From positions 1-6,053 of IMG/VR virus record IMGVR_UViG_3300020030_000023: a DNA stretch of 6,053 nt; one strand, given 5' to 3'. A program made the translations under genes and the position numbers. A model generated the notes under the pieces. That model saw only the letters and a program-made list of their open reading frames with translations. It did no database searches and was not told the origin of the DNA. Origin of the DNA: a virus. Of this stretch, positions 4,344 through 6,053 are shown one piece after another. Position 1 is the stretch's first letter. Each line of letters starts with the position of its first letter.

Positions 4344-5413
4344 TGCCTTGTTCGTCACCTATATGGATACGCAATCGTCGCTATTTTGACAAGAAGAATC
4401 CTTGTCGCAATGGCTCCGATGTCGCCAAGTCCGCCCTGGCTCTCCGTCCCTGGGATATCGCGCGTCAATGGATCATGGTCCCATGTGGAAAGTGTGAGGA
4501 TTGCCTGCGTCGTCAACGTAATGATTGGTTTGTTCGAATCGAGCGAGAACTTGCCCGTTGTAAGGCTGATGGCCAGCAAGCCATTTTTGTTACAATAACA
4601 ATCGCTCCAAAGCATTACGACAAAGCCCTGCTTGACCCGTCCTGGTTTATTCGAAAATTCAACGAGCGACTACGGCATAAACTCGGCCATTCGTTTAAGC
4701 ACGCCTTTTTCCAGGAATTTGGCACTCACCCACAAACAGGAGCCGAGCCTCGATTGCATTTTCATGGCTTTTTGTTTGGCACAAACGTTCTCTACAACAC
4801 GATTCGTTCTGCTGTTCGAGACCTTGGTTTTGTGTGGCTAGCAAAAGCTACTTACAAACGCGCCCGTTATTGCGTTAAATATGTTACTAAACAAATTCAG
4901 TTTAACCCCGAAGAAATTTCGGGTAAATTCGTTACCGTAAATGGAACAGCTACACCTTTATCTTGCCTCCTCCAGCATCGCCGTTATACGCGAAAATTCG
5001 TATCTGCTGGCGTTGGTGATTTTCTTGGCTACATGTCTCGTCCTTCTGCCCGTACTTCGTCGTGGTCTTATTTTGATTTTGAAAAGCGAATCAATTATAA
5101 TTACTCGATTCCTCGCTATTACCTTAAATATCTTAAGCCGGAAGACGACGTTGTTCGCTCGATTACCGCTGCTGATGCTTATGCACGTTTTAGCAAGTCT
5201 CCTTTGGTTAAGCATATTGTGTCTCTGTGTGTTGAGCGGTTCGGCCTCAATTCCTCCGTATCCCGTAGAGCGTCGTATACATGGGAGCAAAAGCAAGTAA
5301 TGCGCTTTGCCGCATCCTCTCGGAAGATGCCTGATTTTGACCCACCTACTTGGCTAGATTTTGATATTCTTCAGTTTTGGAGGAATCACTATAAACTTCA
5401 ACTAATTATTTAA
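4343..5413 (+). CDS. VP4: Replication initiation protein VP4 (phiX174 A-like HUH rolling-circle endonuclease), 356 aa
   Basis: PCGKCEDCLRRQRNDW cysteine motif (Cys48 at nt 4484). Motif I-like IFVTITI. HUH motif RLHFHGFLFG (His139 at 4757-4759). Tyrosine motif YCVKYVTK (Tyr176 at 4868, Tyr180 at 4880). This order and spacing are characteristic of Microviridae Rep proteins. Confidence 0.92.
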   Translation: MPCSSPIWIRNRRYFDKKNPCRNGSDVAKSALALRPWDIARQWIMVPCGKCEDCLRRQRNDWFVRIERELARCKADGQQAIFVTITIAPKHYDKALLDPSWFIRKFNERLRHKLGHSFKHAFFQEFGTHPQTGAEPRLHFHGFLFGTNVLYNTIRSAVRDLGFVWLAKATYKRARYCVKYVTKQIQFNPEEISGKFVTVNGTATPLSCLLQHRRYTRKFVSAGVGDFLGYMSRPSARTSSWSYFDFEKRINYNYSIPRYYLKYLKPEDDVVRSITAADAYARFSKSPLVKHIVSLCVERFGLNSSVSRRASYTWEQKQVMRFAASSRKMPDFDPPTWLDFDILQFWRNHYKLQLII

Positions 5414-5416
5414 TTT

Positions 5417-6053
5417 ATGGGAAAACAACCTTTTATTTCTCACGTTGTAAATGGCTATTCTCGGTACGATGTTCCTGAGAACAAGGCCTTTACGTGCACA
5501 CCGGGTATTTTATATCCGGTGCGAATCGATTTTATTAACGCTCGTGACCGTGTGTCTATCGAGCAAGGCATTGACGTTCGTAGCAATCCGCTCGCCGTTC
5601 CAACATTTAACCCCTACACTATTCGTTTGCATCGTTTTTGGGTACCGCTCCAGCTATATCACCCCGAGATGAGGACGAATAGCAGCAAGTTCGACATGAA
5701 CGACTTGAGCCTCAATTGGATACCTACGACTATCAACGAAGGTTCTATTATTGGGGATAACGTGACTGCCCCCTCTAATAGCCTTTATGCTTGGCTGCGT
5801 TTGAGCAACAAAGAAGTCATTGGCGACGGCACTATGCCGTCTGTAGACTCGACTGCTGTTGCTCTTCCATCTAATGCCGATGATGGCGCTTGGGCCAATG
5901 CCGATACTTTTCTTGCTTACTGGGATATCGTTCGCAACTATTACGGCTATTCGCAGTGGGGTGTTTTTTCGTATGCTTGGCCAGGCTCTTCGTTAATTCG
6001 TTATGATACTTCGATTTCTAAATATACGTTCAAACTTGGCGCTATTGGTTCTA
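5417..6053 (+). CDS. VP1: Major capsid protein VP1 (phiX174 F-like), N-terminal part; the ORF runs off the window end and continues at nt 122
   Basis: ATG at 5417, 3 nt after the Rep stop. Hand translation of 5417-6053 has no stop: MGKQPFISHVVNGYSRYDVPENKAFTCTPGILYPVRIDFINARDRVSIEQGIDVRSNPLAVPTFNPYTIRLHRFWVPLQLYHPEM...DTFLAYWDIVRNYYGYSQWG. As I recall them, the T-x-x-G-x-L-x-P block, the R-x-x-P...P...F-[FW]-V-P block and the A-Y-x-x-I-x-x-x-Y block are typical of Microviridae capsid N-termini. 5417..5932 is 516 nt (172 codons), so nt 5933 (= nt 1) starts a codon in the frame of 1..1299. The supplied ORF track omits it because it has no in-window stop. Confidence 0.9.
   Translation, partial: MGKQPFISHVVNGYSRYDVPENKAFTCTPGILYPVRIDFINARDRVSIEQGIDVRSNPLAVPTFNPYTIRLHRFWVPLQLYHPEMRTNSSKFDMNDLSLNWIPTTINEGSIIGDNVTAPSNSLYAWLRLSNKEVIGDGTMPSVDSTAVALPSNADDGAWANADTFLAYWDIVRNYYGYSQWGVFSYAWPGSSLIRYDTSISKYTFKLGAIGS
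5933..6053. repeat. Terminal redundancy, copy 2 of 2 (identical to 1..121)
   Basis: Exact 121-nt match to the window start. This implies a unit length of 5932 nt. Confidence 0.97.

Noticed and set aside
436-5296. Minus-strand ORFs from the track: 436..624, 772..969, 2222..2479, 3110..3412, 4137..4358, 4355..4615, 4958..5296.
   Set aside because: All are embedded antisense in well-supported + strand genes. Their products are low-complexity or compositionally skewed, and they run against the uniform strand polarity of microviruses.
2593-5672. Hydrophobic + strand ORFs overlapping known genes: 2593..2790, 2929..3186, 3318..3509, 4183..4389, 4386..4598, 4632..4841, 4941..5300, 5451..5672.
   Set aside because: Each one is in the +1 frame of the gene it overlaps. 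T-rich third positions of the real genes become second positions in that frame, giving Leu/Ile/Phe-rich, stop-poor frames. This is a compositional by-product with no independent support.

Overview
The window is one complete, circularly permuted genome of a small ssDNA phage of the family Microviridae, plus a 121-nt assembly overlap. Nt 1-121 are identical to nt 5933-6053, so the circle is 5932 nt. All credible genes lie on the + strand. They are: major capsid protein VP1 (604 aa, split by the linearisation point, 5417..6053 continuing in frame into 1..1299); a 98-aa very acidic protein; a 63-aa predicted lipoprotein; the VP2/H-like DNA pilot protein (420 aa); two orphan ORFs (103 and 107 aa); a 66-aa orphan whose stop overlaps the next start; and the HUH replication initiator VP4 (356 aa). 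I see no rRNA, tRNA, CRISPR array, transposase or integrase. No start codon has a Shine-Dalgarno sequence, and one intergenic region carries a Bacteroides-type TTTG/TAnnTTTG promoter. This suggests a Bacteroidota host and an Alpavirinae-like virus (inference). Four things deserve a second look: (i) a tiny lipoprotein gene coupled to VP2; (ii) two GC-rich, strongly self-complementary noncoding islands (about 1631-1741 and 3925-4142) that share sequence motifs; (iii) a promoter, two orphan ORFs and a hairpin arranged like an autonomous cassette between VP2 and Rep; (iv) a hydrophobic ORF overprinted on the acidic gene in the same geometry as phiX174 E in D, though base composition may explain it. 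All functional calls rest on motifs I recognise by eye. No database search was possible.
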